The notes under the pieces are model-generated. The model saw only the letters and a list, made by a program, of their open reading frames with translations. It was not told the DNA's origin and did no database searches. A DNA stretch of 60,231 nt, counting the filler. It is 2 parts of 2 records of this genome, joined end to end, with 100 filler letters (N's around TTAATTAATTAA, not from the genome) between each part and the next. Parts side by side here need not be neighbours in the genome. Positions count along the whole stretch, not along the records: positions 1 to 29,949 come from SRR2962707_3635; 1 more part is not named here. One strand, 5' to 3'. Position numbers and translations under genes: made by a program. Of this stretch, positions 18,914 through 29,949 are shown one piece after another. The stretch's first letter is position 1. Every line of letters starts with the position of its first letter.

Positions 18914-20056
18914 TTATTCAATTTTTACTGAATAGATTTTTCCGTCATAGCATCCAAAAACAACCTGGTTTTTCGTGAATGCCGGAGAGGACAGTGTGGT
19001 CATTGGTGTTTCATACCTGTCTATCTCTTCCCCTGTCATTCTATTCAAAAGATAAAGAAAGCCACTTGCTGCCGGGTCGTATCCGCTTCCGGCGGTATAG
19101 GCAAGCCAATCTTTGGTTACCACTGCCTTTGTGTAAATGTTGTTTGTTCCGTTGTTATGAGCCCATAGAGGATTGCCCCAGCGTGTGCCAAAGGCATACA
19201 TCGTGAAATTATCTGAGCCACCTATGTAAAGTGTATCATTGTAAATGACCGGATCACCAATGATCCACCCACCTTTTTTATCTGTATATGTCCAATCTTT
19301 TTCACCGGTAGATTCCTCAAGGACATTCAGCATGTGATTCCGAGCACCGAAGAACAGTAAGCCATTGTGAATGATAAACTCAGAAACCACTCCGCCAAAA
19401 GTTCCATAGGGCTTTTCACCCCGGTAGGTTTTCTTTTTCCAAAGTAGTTTCTTTTCGGGTAGCGAGTAACAGTAAACAAACCCGCCCCAGTCACCAAAAT
19501 AGAGCTTTCCATTATCAACCATGGGCGATGACCTAACAGGGAAATTACCTTCAACTGAATATTCAAATTCGACTGTTCCGTTTTTGGCATTTAATCCATA
19601 CAGCTTTCCATTTCCGCATCCTACGTAAATGACACCTTCGTATAGAAATGCCGTCGACCTTTTGTCATCGTACGGATCTATTTTGTACGGAAACTTCTTT
19701 CCATCATAATCAAATATGAATGGCTTCATGTACGGATCAAATTTCCAGATTTGCTTTCCGTTGTTCGCATTCACAAGGTAAAAGATGTTGGCCGATTCAA
19801 AGAAAATATTGCCATCTACCCAGGTTGCTTTAGCCTGGATATTTCCTCCTGTTTCAAACTTCCATTTTTCCTTTCCATTAAGGTCAAGTGCATAGAAATC
19901 ACCTCTTTCATTACCTACAAATATGGTTTCTCTTTGAATCAATGGGGAGGCGATAATGCGATCAGAGGTTTGAAAGCTCCAGTTTGGATTGAGTAACTGT
20001 GCAAAGCAGGAATTGATCAAAATCAATCCGAGCATAGATGTCGTAAGTCGTTTCAT
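18914..20056 (-). CDS. Secreted PQQ-like (BamB-type) beta-propeller protein
   Basis: Repeated 'SSP...G.LY.G..DG..Y.L....G...W' blades and a signal peptide. Confidence 0.85.
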   Translation of the reverse strand: MKRLTTSMLGLILINSCFAQLLNPNWSFQTSDRIIASPLIQRETIFVGNERGDFYALDLNGKEKWKFETGGNIQAKATWVDGNIFFESANIFYLVNANNGKQIWKFDPYMKPFIFDYDGKKFPYKIDPYDDKRSTAFLYEGVIYVGCGNGKLYGLNAKNGTVEFEYSVEGNFPVRSSPMVDNGKLYFGDWGGFVYCYSLPEKKLLWKKKTYRGEKPYGTFGGVVSEFIIHNGLLFFGARNHMLNVLEESTGEKDWTYTDKKGGWIIGDPVIYNDTLYIGGSDNFTMYAFGTRWGNPLWAHNNGTNNIYTKAVVTKDWLAYTAGSGYDPAASGFLYLLNRMTGEEIDRYETPMTTLSSPAFTKNQVVFGCYDGKIYSVKIE

Positions 20057-20126
20057 AATTAGTCTGTTTTATTTTGAACCTCCAACTTACTCGAAAGCCA
20101 GATTTATGCAGGACTTGAATGTTTTC

Positions 20127-20147
20127 AAAACCTTGGTAAAACCTTGG
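20127..20147. promoter_or_regulatory. Tandem AAAACCTTGG direct repeat (11-bp period), candidate operator
   Basis: Exact 10-mer at 20127-20136 and 20138-20147 in a divergent intergenic region. Confidence 0.5.
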
Positions 20148-20163
20148 CAGTATAATTCAGGTA

Positions 20164-21396
20164 ATGTTTGATAAGGAATACATATCAAAATGCAGAAAGC
20201 AAATTGAGAAAGATCTCAACCTTGATCCCGCTAACCTCATGGAGCGAGACTATGAATACCTGCATGAAGTAATCCTGGAAAGAACAAAAACAGACCTGAG
20301 CACTTCTACATTGCGCCGATTGTGGACGGATAAATATCAGGGGGTGCCCCAGATCAAAACACTGGATGCGCTGGCACAGCTACTTGGATATTCGGGCTGG
20401 CATGCATATAAGAAAGCCATATCATCTAAGCCACATTTGAAAAAGCAAAGCAACCGTACCTTGTTGTACATCATGGGGGTCCTGGTTTTGGCATTTGCCG
20501 CTACCATTCTTTTGACCTCAACAGATAAAGCAATCGGTGAGGTGAAGCTTAATCCGGAGGTCTTGATTTATGATGGAGTGCCGGCCACCATAGGATTTAA
20601 CTATTCTGTCTTGAACCCGGGTGTGGAGATTGAGCTCTCGTGGAACCCGTACGAAAGAACAATGCTAAATCCAGGAGGAAATTTTTATTCAGGCACCTAT
20701 TATTATCCTGATTACCATCAGGCCAAGCTGATTTTCGAGGAACAAGTGCTGGCACGGGAATTTGTGCATGTGACCACTAAAGGATGGCATGCATTGATAA
20801 TGGATTCGGGGATGGACACGCATCCGCAATATGTGGATAGCATCGATTTTATTTATTCAGATAAATTGGCAATCAACGATGAGCTACTCAAGAAGGCTAC
20901 TGACAAGTCTGCGGACGTTTATTCAGTATTTACCTTGTCCAATTCATCATTAGGTCAATTATCGGGGGATCATTTTTCCCTTGTCGCCAATTTGGGAATG
21001 AAGCCCATTCCAGAAGGTCCTTTGTGTCTCATTTATGAAGTGCTGATAAAGGGAACTAGTGGGAACATTCGGATTCCGATCTCTCAACCGGGATGCTACG
21101 GAGTTGCCACACTTGCATGTGCAGAAAAAAGAATGACCGGAAAGCTTAACGATTTATCCAATTTGTCCATTGACTTAACACAGCCGCATCAGGTAAAAAT
21201 CTCATGTCAAAGCAAAATGTTATCTGTGGAAGTAGGGAGCAATCAACCTTTCGAGTTAAGCTATGAAGAAGAAATTGGACAACTGAAAGTCATCAAATTT
21301 ATTTTCAACGGACTGCCTGAGGTTACAGCTTTTGAGTTGAAAGATGAGCATAATAAAAAGATGAAGGTAAATGATTGGTATCCATTCAATGAATAA
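20164..21396 (+). CDS. Hypothetical membrane-anchored protein: N-terminal HTH-like domain, one TM helix, periplasmic beta-rich domain
   Basis: 'LSTSTLRRLW...PQIKTLDALAQLLGYSGW' Xre-like segment, TM near aa 100-118, 'YYYPDYHQAKL' PKD-like strand. Confidence 0.65.
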   Translation: MFDKEYISKCRKQIEKDLNLDPANLMERDYEYLHEVILERTKTDLSTSTLRRLWTDKYQGVPQIKTLDALAQLLGYSGWHAYKKAISSKPHLKKQSNRTLLYIMGVLVLAFAATILLTSTDKAIGEVKLNPEVLIYDGVPATIGFNYSVLNPGVEIELSWNPYERTMLNPGGNFYSGTYYYPDYHQAKLIFEEQVLAREFVHVTTKGWHALIMDSGMDTHPQYVDSIDFIYSDKLAINDELLKKATDKSADVYSVFTLSNSSLGQLSGDHFSLVANLGMKPIPEGPLCLIYEVLIKGTSGNIRIPISQPGCYGVATLACAEKRMTGKLNDLSNLSIDLTQPHQVKISCQSKMLSVEVGSNQPFELSYEEEIGQLKVIKFIFNGLPEVTAFELKDEHNKKMKVNDWYPFNE

Positions 21397-21472
21397 ATTT
21401 CCACTTGTCCGGGAACGATATTCTGGAAAATTCTCTTAAATTTATTTATCGATTACCCGTAACAAATACGTC

Positions 21473-21640
21473 ATGACTGCACAAGAAATTGAATCCCAGA
21501 TCAAAGAATTAGAGTCCAAGCTTACCGGAGACATGTTTAACGACATGGAGATCAAAGACAAGATCCATAATTTGAAGATGAAGCAAAATGGTACTCGTCC
21601 CATGAACTCCGAGATTGAATGTGTCGGGTGCGGGAGTTGA
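21473..21640 (+). CDS. 55-aa protein ending in CxxCGS (not in ORF track)
   Basis: Translated by hand: MTAQEIESQIKELESKLTGDMFNDMEIKDKIHNLKMKQNGTRPMNSEIECVGCGS*. Confidence 0.8.
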   Translation: MTAQEIESQIKELESKLTGDMFNDMEIKDKIHNLKMKQNGTRPMNSEIECVGCGS

Positions 21641-21708
21641 TCGAATAGTTTTCCCGGATCATCTATCAGTTCGTATACATAGTTAGGATTATCAAGTAAA
21701 TCTTAGCT

Positions 21709-21786
21709 ATGCGCAAGTACTACTACATATTTCGCGCTACCGTTGCATTTCTTTCAATAGCACTCTTCATAAGCACCTGTGCTTAA
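21709..21786 (+). CDS. Possible 25-aa hydrophobic micropeptide (not in ORF track)
   Basis: MRKYYYIFRATVAFLSIALFISTCA*; signal-peptide-like. Confidence 0.3.
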   Translation: MRKYYYIFRATVAFLSIALFISTCA

Positions 21787-21848
21787 TTGGTTTTGATTGT
21801 GCGGAAGCCATTTGGATTTTAGCCTGTCTTTAAACAAAGACATCTAAT

Positions 21849-23069
21849 ATGATTGCTAAAGTTGTTCAGGCGATATTACTATTCCTAATTAGCGCCCCGT
21901 TTTCCCTTTTAGCTCAGAATGAACCTTCCTATGACTACATCGCCAGCTATGGTGAACATGGTCACAGCAGTTTAGCTGTCGTCCGAAAGGAAAATCGCTA
22001 CGGTTTAATCGATAGACAAGGCAAGGAAGTTCTGCCGCTGGAATATGAAAAGATCTATTCCTTTGGCCAGTCAGGTCTAAACTGGGCAAAAGTTCAAAAA
22101 AATGGGAGATATGGCTACATCGATCGTGCGGGGGCGATTGTAGTAAAACCGGTGTATGATCGGATCTATGAATTTGGAGATAAGAATGTAAACTGGGCCC
22201 TGGTACTAAAGAATGGACTCTATGGCTTCATCGATCGGTCAGGTGCTGAGGTGGTCCCCTGCATTTACAGTGACATCAACTCTTATGGATCCTATGGAGT
22301 AGCATGGGCGCGAGTGGAAAAGGACGGCTTGTACGGTTTCATTGATCGGAGTGGGAAAGAAATTGTGCCAACGACATACACTCGGATAGGAAGTTTTGGT
22401 TCCATTGGAGCGGATTGGGCGAAGGTGGAGAAAAATGGACTGGAAGGCTTTATCGACAGAAGTGGCAAAGAGATCATTGCGCCCAAGTATACGTCTGTAT
22501 CATCTTTTGGCACGATAGCCAGTCATTGGGCGCGAGTGGAAATGAATGGACTTTACGGATTGATTGATCGCACCGGCAAGGAAGTCATATCACCCAAATA
22601 TGAACGCATCTACAATTTTGGAAGCAAAGGGGCTTCTCATTTGGCATTGGTTCGAAAAAATGGGCTTTATGGTTTTATTGATAAAACAGGGGATGAGGTA
22701 GTCCCTCCGATTTATGATCGCATTAGCTATTTCGACAGGGAAGACTCCAAATGGGCATTAGTGGAGAAGGATGGAAGGTTTGGCTTTATTGACAAATCAG
22801 GGAAAGTGGTGGTGCCTGTTGCTATGGCAGACCTGAGTGGGAGCTTCCATGAGCTAAGTGATCACTTCAGCTCTCGTGGCACTCACATTGGAAATTTAGG
22901 AGCAGTAAAGAAATTCTGGGTAAGTGATTTTGTGGGAAAGTATGCGCTTATCAAGAGCAAAAAGACCTGGAAGCTGGGCGTGATCGATAAAGAGTTTGAA
23001 GTGGTTGTCCCCGTCGAGTATCAGAAGATCATGGTAGATGAAGAGGGAAATATCCACGTATGGAAATAG
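21849..23069 (+). CDS. Secreted WG-repeat protein
   Basis: About eight 38-aa repeats 'WA.V.KNG.YGFIDRSG.E.V...Y..I..FG' after a signal peptide. Confidence 0.9.
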   Translation: MIAKVVQAILLFLISAPFSLLAQNEPSYDYIASYGEHGHSSLAVVRKENRYGLIDRQGKEVLPLEYEKIYSFGQSGLNWAKVQKNGRYGYIDRAGAIVVKPVYDRIYEFGDKNVNWALVLKNGLYGFIDRSGAEVVPCIYSDINSYGSYGVAWARVEKDGLYGFIDRSGKEIVPTTYTRIGSFGSIGADWAKVEKNGLEGFIDRSGKEIIAPKYTSVSSFGTIASHWARVEMNGLYGLIDRTGKEVISPKYERIYNFGSKGASHLALVRKNGLYGFIDKTGDEVVPPIYDRISYFDREDSKWALVEKDGRFGFIDKSGKVVVPVAMADLSGSFHELSDHFSSRGTHIGNLGAVKKFWVSDFVGKYALIKSKKTWKLGVIDKEFEVVVPVEYQKIMVDEEGNIHVWK

Positions 23070-23091
23070 TTAAAGCTCCCAAAAAAAGAAA

Positions 23092-23122
23092 GTCGTCCAA
23101 CCACTTCGAGTAATGGGACGAC
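23092..23122. repeat. 31-bp REP-like palindrome, copy 3
   Basis: GTCGTCCAACCACTTCGAGTAATGGGACGAC between convergent genes. Confidence 0.85.
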
Positions 23123-23146
23123 TGACTCAGGAAAAGAAGCTGGCTC

Positions 23147-23980
23147 TTATTTAAAAGCTTCCTCAAATAATTCCTTCATTTTTTCCCAGCTGGCACTGTC
23201 AGCTTCAGCATTATATGCCAGTGGCATTTCAAACTTGGCCGCAATAGAATCTGCAGCTTTGCTGGTAAAGCTATGAACAGCACCCTCATAATTGACAAAC
23301 TCATAGTTTGCTCCGGCTGCATCCATGGCAGCTTTAAAATCTTCGATCTGTTGTTCTGGCACGAACTGGTCATCTGCCCCATTGGCCACAAATACCCGAG
23401 CTTTTACTGCCCCTGAGTCCGGCATGACAGGTAGACCTAATCCTCCGTGAAAGGAAGCGACGGCATCCAGATCATAGCCTGAGTTAGCCATGCTGAGAAC
23501 GACAGACCCACCAAAGCAGTAACCGATCGCACCGATTTTTTCATCGTCCACATTCGGGTGATTTTTCAATGTTTCCAATGCGGCATCAAATCGTGCTTTT
23601 GCTTCGTCAAAATTCCCCATGACCATACCTGCAAACTCACCGGCTTCATCCGGGTGAGCCGCTTGCTTACCTTCTCCATACATGTCTACTGCAAGTGCTA
23701 CATAGCCGAGTTCGGCCAGCATATCTGCTCTCTTTCTGGAGTATTCGTTGTGCCCCCACCACTCGTGAACAACCAAAATTCCAGGGCGCTTAGAGGAGTC
23801 ATTCACGTCAAGCGCCAGGTATCCGATCATGGTTGTAGAGTCCGTGGCGTATGATGTCACTTTCCCTATTACCTTGACAGGCATTTCTTCCGGGGCGTCA
23901 CTATCAGATTCTTTTTCGGTGCTGGTACATCCAATCAAAAATGCACCGAGCAACATTCCATAAAGCAGTTTGAATTTCAT
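23147..23980 (-). CDS. Dienelactone hydrolase family lipoprotein
   Basis: LIGC lipobox, HEWWG, GYCFGG nucleophile, AVHSF. Confidence 0.92.
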   Translation of the reverse strand: MKFKLLYGMLLGAFLIGCTSTEKESDSDAPEEMPVKVIGKVTSYATDSTTMIGYLALDVNDSSKRPGILVVHEWWGHNEYSRKRADMLAELGYVALAVDMYGEGKQAAHPDEAGEFAGMVMGNFDEAKARFDAALETLKNHPNVDDEKIGAIGYCFGGSVVLSMANSGYDLDAVASFHGGLGLPVMPDSGAVKARVFVANGADDQFVPEQQIEDFKAAMDAAGANYEFVNYEGAVHSFTSKAADSIAAKFEMPLAYNAEADSASWEKMKELFEEAFK

Positions 23981-24065
23981 CTTATTAGGTTTTTAAGTTT
24001 AGTATAAAGGTAAACAGGAAAGAACGATGTACTGTTCCGAAAAATGGTGAGCTAAAGTTTCCTTG

Positions 24066-24713
24066 CTACTCTTTGATTCTTAACTCATCAGATAACTCGT
24101 TCGTATCAGAGTCTTTTCTGACAAATCCATGCTGGAGTAGCAGTTCCTTACAGTGGTTGATTCCATTCACTAATCCATCACCGATTTGTTTACGTTTCAG
24201 TCCATCTGTTATTAATGAAACCACCTTTTCCCAGTCGTCTTTCTTCACCTGCGCATTGATTCCTTCATCCCCCATTACGAGAACAACATGCTCAAGCCTG
24301 CTTACGTAAATCAATATCCCAACACGCTCCTTTGTATCATATACCTTTTCATTAAGGAATGCTTCCTTAGCTCGCAATGAGATCATCTCCATTGCCCGCT
24401 CATCCGAAATGAATACTCGCTTGATAACCGGAAATAATACAGGTAAAAAATACCCAAACATCATTAGGGCCAGGATTACCACAAAGGCTTCTAAAAAAGA
24501 AAGAGCGGGAAGCAGCCAGGTATAAGAAAGCATGGCTATGATTGCTAAACCTGCTATCCCAAGAATTGCACCCAGGTGCCAGGATACTTCGGAGTAGTCA
24601 TCGCTCTGTCTGGTAAAGAAGGGCACGATTTCTCCACAGGACTCTTTTTCGAGCGCTTCCACAGCCTCTTTTACCCGATGTTTTTCCTCTTTTGTAAATA
24701 TGTATTTTTTCAT
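24066..24713 (-). CDS. TPM-domain membrane protein (LemA-associated)
   Basis: 'ALEKESCGEIV', 'TKERVGILIYVSRLEH', 'NELSD'; start at MKKYIF. Confidence 0.85.
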   Translation of the reverse strand: MKKYIFTKEEKHRVKEAVEALEKESCGEIVPFFTRQSDDYSEVSWHLGAILGIAGLAIIAMLSYTWLLPALSFLEAFVVILALMMFGYFLPVLFPVIKRVFISDERAMEMISLRAKEAFLNEKVYDTKERVGILIYVSRLEHVVLVMGDEGINAQVKKDDWEKVVSLITDGLKRKQIGDGLVNGINHCKELLLQHGFVRKDSDTNELSDELRIKE

Positions 24714-24726
24714 TTGTTCTAATATT

Positions 24727-25599
24727 TTACCATCCGCCGGAAGCACCGCCCCCGCCAAAACCTCCGCCTCCACCGGAGAAACCGCCTCCACCGCCCCAGG
24801 AGGAGCCACCAACATATCCGCCATAGTATCCACCTCCGCGTCTACCACCTCCTGAGCCTCTGCCATTAAGGAAGATTAGAGCAAAAAAGGATGCAAAAAC
24901 TGCAGAAATGAAGTTTACCACCAGCCAAACCACCAGAAACACAATAGAGATCACAATCAAATTGCTTTTCAAATTTCCCAGCTTATTGGCGAGTGCTACT
25001 TTGACTATTACGACAATAAATATCAAAACAACAATTCCAATAAAGAAAAGCAGACCAATGGTTTTATCATTTTTGGCTGTGGTCGTAGATGTAACTTCTG
25101 GCAATTCCTCACCATCTATTAGTCCGATTATAGCCTCCATTCCTTCTTCAATCCCCAAATAATAGTCACCATCTCTGAAGTGAGGTACGATGATGTTGTT
25201 GATGATCCGCTTGGCATATGCATCAGGAATAGCTCCTTCAAGTCCATAACCAACCTCTATTCTTACTTTCCGATCATTTTTTGCAACTAATAATAAGACT
25301 CCATCATCTACATCACCGCGTCCAAGTTTCCATTGATCCACCACTCTGATCGAGTATTGTTCGATGGTTTCCGGCTTGGTGCTGTTTACCGTTAGAATCG
25401 CCAGTTGACTACCCTTTCGGTTTTCCAAGTCCTCTAACTGACGGGTAAGAAATGATTCTTCTGAAGTTGACAGCAAGTTGGCTAAATCCGTAACACGAGT
25501 CTCAAGCTTTGGGACGTCCTGCGAATCTTGAGCGATGGATGGGCTGATGGTGTTAATACCGATCAGCAATAGAACTATTGATTTAAGGTATGATTTCAT
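24727..25599 (-). CDS. TPM-domain protein (YgcG family) with Gly-rich tail
   Basis: 'DDGVLLLVAKNDRKVRIEVGYGLEG' and a GGGGASGGW C-terminus. Confidence 0.92.
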   Translation of the reverse strand: MKSYLKSIVLLLIGINTISPSIAQDSQDVPKLETRVTDLANLLSTSEESFLTRQLEDLENRKGSQLAILTVNSTKPETIEQYSIRVVDQWKLGRGDVDDGVLLLVAKNDRKVRIEVGYGLEGAIPDAYAKRIINNIIVPHFRDGDYYLGIEEGMEAIIGLIDGEELPEVTSTTTAKNDKTIGLLFFIGIVVLIFIVVIVKVALANKLGNLKSNLIVISIVFLVVWLVVNFISAVFASFFALIFLNGRGSGGGRRGGGYYGGYVGGSSWGGGGGFSGGGGGFGGGGASGGW

Positions 25600-25626
25600 A
25601 TCTTCGATGAAAATAAATAAATAAAC

Positions 25627-26217
25627 ATGAATAAGCGATTAATCACCATACTGATCATTGTTGTTGTTGTTTTTCTGGGGTACAATTTCTTCGCAGGGAA
25701 GTACAACAGCATGGTATCACTGGATGAAGAAGTGAATACCGAGTGGGCCAATGTTGAAACTCAATATCAGCGGAGATATGATCTTATTCCAAACCTGGTG
25801 AATACGGTGAAAGGTTTTGCTGAGCAGGAACGTGAGGTGTTGACCCAGGTAACTGAAGCTCGTGCAAAGGCATCCAGCATTCAGATAGATCCATCCAACC
25901 TCAATGAAGAAGCGCTGCAAAATTTTGCGAATGCACAGGGTCAATTGAATTCTGCTCTTTCCAGATTGTTGGTTACGGTGGAACGATATCCTGACTTGAA
26001 ATCAAATCAAAATTTCCTGGAATTGCAGGCCCAACTGGAGGGAACAGAAAATCGTATTTCTGTGGCGAGGACACGCTACAATGAAAAAACAAAGACCTAC
26101 AATACGTACATAAGGAAGTTTCCGAACACCATGCTTGCCGGGATGTTCGGGTTTGAAAGGAAGCCACTATATGAGGCTTCTGAAGGAGCAGAAGATGCTC
26201 CGACTGTACAGTTTTAA
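25627..26217 (+). CDS. lemA: LemA family protein
   Basis: 'QRRYDLIPNLV', 'ERYPDLKSNQNF', 'EGTENRI'. Confidence 0.95.
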   Translation: MNKRLITILIIVVVVFLGYNFFAGKYNSMVSLDEEVNTEWANVETQYQRRYDLIPNLVNTVKGFAEQEREVLTQVTEARAKASSIQIDPSNLNEEALQNFANAQGQLNSALSRLLVTVERYPDLKSNQNFLELQAQLEGTENRISVARTRYNEKTKTYNTYIRKFPNTMLAGMFGFERKPLYEASEGAEDAPTVQF

Positions 26218-26233
26218 TGCTTAGTGAGACAAA

Positions 26234-26264
26234 ATCGTCCCACCACTTTGAGTGGTGGGACGAT
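26234..26264. repeat. 31-bp REP-like palindrome, copy 4
   Basis: ATCGTCCCACCACTTTGAGTGGTGGGACGAT between convergent genes. Confidence 0.85.
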
Positions 26265-26278
26265 TTAATATGTATTCC

Positions 26279-26962
26279 TTATTGAAGTGTAAAGTTTACC
26301 GGAATCCTCATTCTTACTTTGACCGGCACACCCCTTTGCTTACCCGGACTATAGTTCGGAAGTAATTTCAATACACGAACGGCTTCTTCATCACATCCAG
26401 CACCAATACCTTTTAATACCTCAATATTGGTTATAGCTCCTTGTTCATCTATAACGAATGAAAGTGTTACTCTCCCCTCAACTCCAATGCGTTGAGCAGC
26501 TTTCGGGTATTTGATGTTTTCTGCAATAAACGTTAACAATGCAGCATCTCCACCCGGAAATTCAGGCATATCTTCTACTCTCTCAAAAGGTGCATCAGGT
26601 ACGACCTCAATGGCTTGTGTTTCACCTGTGATTAAATCCTCAATTTCATCCTCAATAATCGGGTCATCAATTTCCACAGCTTTCGTAAGTTCTTTCACTT
26701 CTTTGATCTCTATTGCTGCTGAGACCACCTGTTTTTCAACCTTAGGTTTGGGCATTTCAGGAATATCGTGTTTAGTCACTTTTGGCTCTTCCATGATAAA
26801 CCAGGGCTCTTCTATGGGGGGATCAGCATCTAACACCGGATCCACCGGAGACTTCCACTCAAAAGCAACAATGGTCAATGAGAGGGCGACAATCATTCCG
26901 ATTCCAAAGAACACAGGCCTTCTATGCTCCAGGTCATACTTTTTGTTTTTCTTTAATTCCAT
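26279..26962 (-). CDS. tonB: Energy transducer TonB
   Basis: N-terminal TM ending AFEWK, Pro-rich linker, 'MPEFPGG...IKYP...EGRV...CDEEAVRV' TonB-C domain. Confidence 0.9.
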   Translation of the reverse strand: MELKKNKKYDLEHRRPVFFGIGMIVALSLTIVAFEWKSPVDPVLDADPPIEEPWFIMEEPKVTKHDIPEMPKPKVEKQVVSAAIEIKEVKELTKAVEIDDPIIEDEIEDLITGETQAIEVVPDAPFERVEDMPEFPGGDAALLTFIAENIKYPKAAQRIGVEGRVTLSFVIDEQGAITNIEVLKGIGAGCDEEAVRVLKLLPNYSPGKQRGVPVKVRMRIPVNFTLQ

Positions 26963-27026
26963 AATTCAAGCGTTTATTAGGTTTTCAATCGTTAGATCGA
27001 AATAAAAAGCATGAATCATGCCTGAA

Positions 27027-27542
27027 TTAATTTAGAAAGTCATTGATGTGTTTGACAAGATCTTCAAAAACCTCTTTTTGGGGGAGTAAGTCTTCCTTAT
27101 TTGCTCCGGCCATCGGTCGCGCTACAGTCTGATGTGATTCCTGAAGGAATTGCTCGCAGAGTTTTAAATCTTTTAAAATAGGGTTGTTACGATCCATCGA
27201 ACAGGCGTGCCGGAATTCATCGAGATACGCCTCATACCATTTGCCGGCACTGCTAAAGGTTACAAGGGAGGTGAAAAACAGCTCGAGTACATGGTCTCTT
27301 CCGCTGACCGTGGTAAGTCGTGAAGAATCAAAAGACTTTTCCTGAAGTGACCAGAGCTTGAAGATATTTTCAGATAAATCGCTGTTTGCCGAATAGATTA
27401 CATCGGTGCGGTACAAAGAAGAAATGACAAGTGAAGACCCTTCGGAGAGAGATTGAATGAGCGACTTAAAATTTTGTGCTGTTTTATCTCTGAAGCAGAA
27501 AGGAGGGGCTTCTTTTCCTTGTATGTGAATGCAATGAAGCAT
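27027..27542 (-). CDS. Hypothetical protein resembling the glutamyl-tRNA reductase N-terminal domain without the catalytic Cys
   Basis: 'LVISSLYRTDVIY' resembles HemA 'ILSTCNRTE.Y'; recognised by eye only. Confidence 0.5.
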   Translation of the reverse strand: MLHCIHIQGKEAPPFCFRDKTAQNFKSLIQSLSEGSSLVISSLYRTDVIYSANSDLSENIFKLWSLQEKSFDSSRLTTVSGRDHVLELFFTSLVTFSSAGKWYEAYLDEFRHACSMDRNNPILKDLKLCEQFLQESHQTVARPMAGANKEDLLPQKEVFEDLVKHINDFLN

Positions 27543-27545
27543 AGA

Positions 27546-27926
27546 TCATTTGCTGATGGCTATTGCTCCTTTCAAGATACGCTGAATTTCTGATTGTTGG
27601 TGTGTGATGGCAAAATCCATCGCCGTTTCTCCTGCGTTGTTCACAACAGAAGTATCTGCTCCCCGATCAATCAGCATTTGAGCGATATCAGCATAGCCCT
27701 TGAATGCGACACCCATCAGGGCGGTATTGCCGGAGGCATCCTGCGCATTGATATCCGCTCCTTTTTCGAGTAAGAACTCAGCTATTTCCTTTTTATTCAG
27801 GTAAGTAGCCATTATCAATGGAGTGAAGCCTCTTTCATCAGGCTTGTTTACTATATCCGGTCTTTCTTGGATCAGACGTTTAATCTGTTCAAGATTTCCG
27901 GCATACATAAGCTGTGCTAGTTCCAT
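27546..27926 (-). CDS. Ankyrin repeat protein
   Basis: GFTPLIMA, GNTALMGV and GETAMDFA repeats. Confidence 0.92.
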   Translation of the reverse strand: MELAQLMYAGNLEQIKRLIQERPDIVNKPDERGFTPLIMATYLNKKEIAEFLLEKGADINAQDASGNTALMGVAFKGYADIAQMLIDRGADTSVVNNAGETAMDFAITHQQSEIQRILKGAIAISK

Positions 27927-27940
27927 AAATGTTAAAAGTT

Positions 27941-27978
27941 AAAGAAAGGGCTCAAAGCTTGTTGAGCCCTTTACTTTT
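27941..27978. terminator. Hairpin terminator downstream of katG
   Basis: AAAGGGCTCAA/TTGAGCCCTTT stem. Confidence 0.65.
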
Positions 27979-27994
27979 TCAAAGTATTAAAATA

Positions 27995-29949
<1,955 letters not shown>

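Noticed and set aside
21408-21658. TCCGGGAA / TTCCCGGA inverted pair flanking the 55-aa gene
   Set aside because: Only 8 bp, no target duplication; compatible with chance.
21980-22830. 114-bp periodicity as a DNA repeat array
   Set aside because: Fully explained by the in-frame 38-aa WG protein repeats.
24714-24866. N-terminal extension of the 24066 ORF
   Set aside because: Out-of-frame reading of the upstream gene's Gly-rich tail; the start at 24713 is more plausible.
3351-26264. The 31-bp palindromes as CRISPR repeats
   Set aside because: Copies are kilobases apart, with no spacer periodicity and no cas genes.
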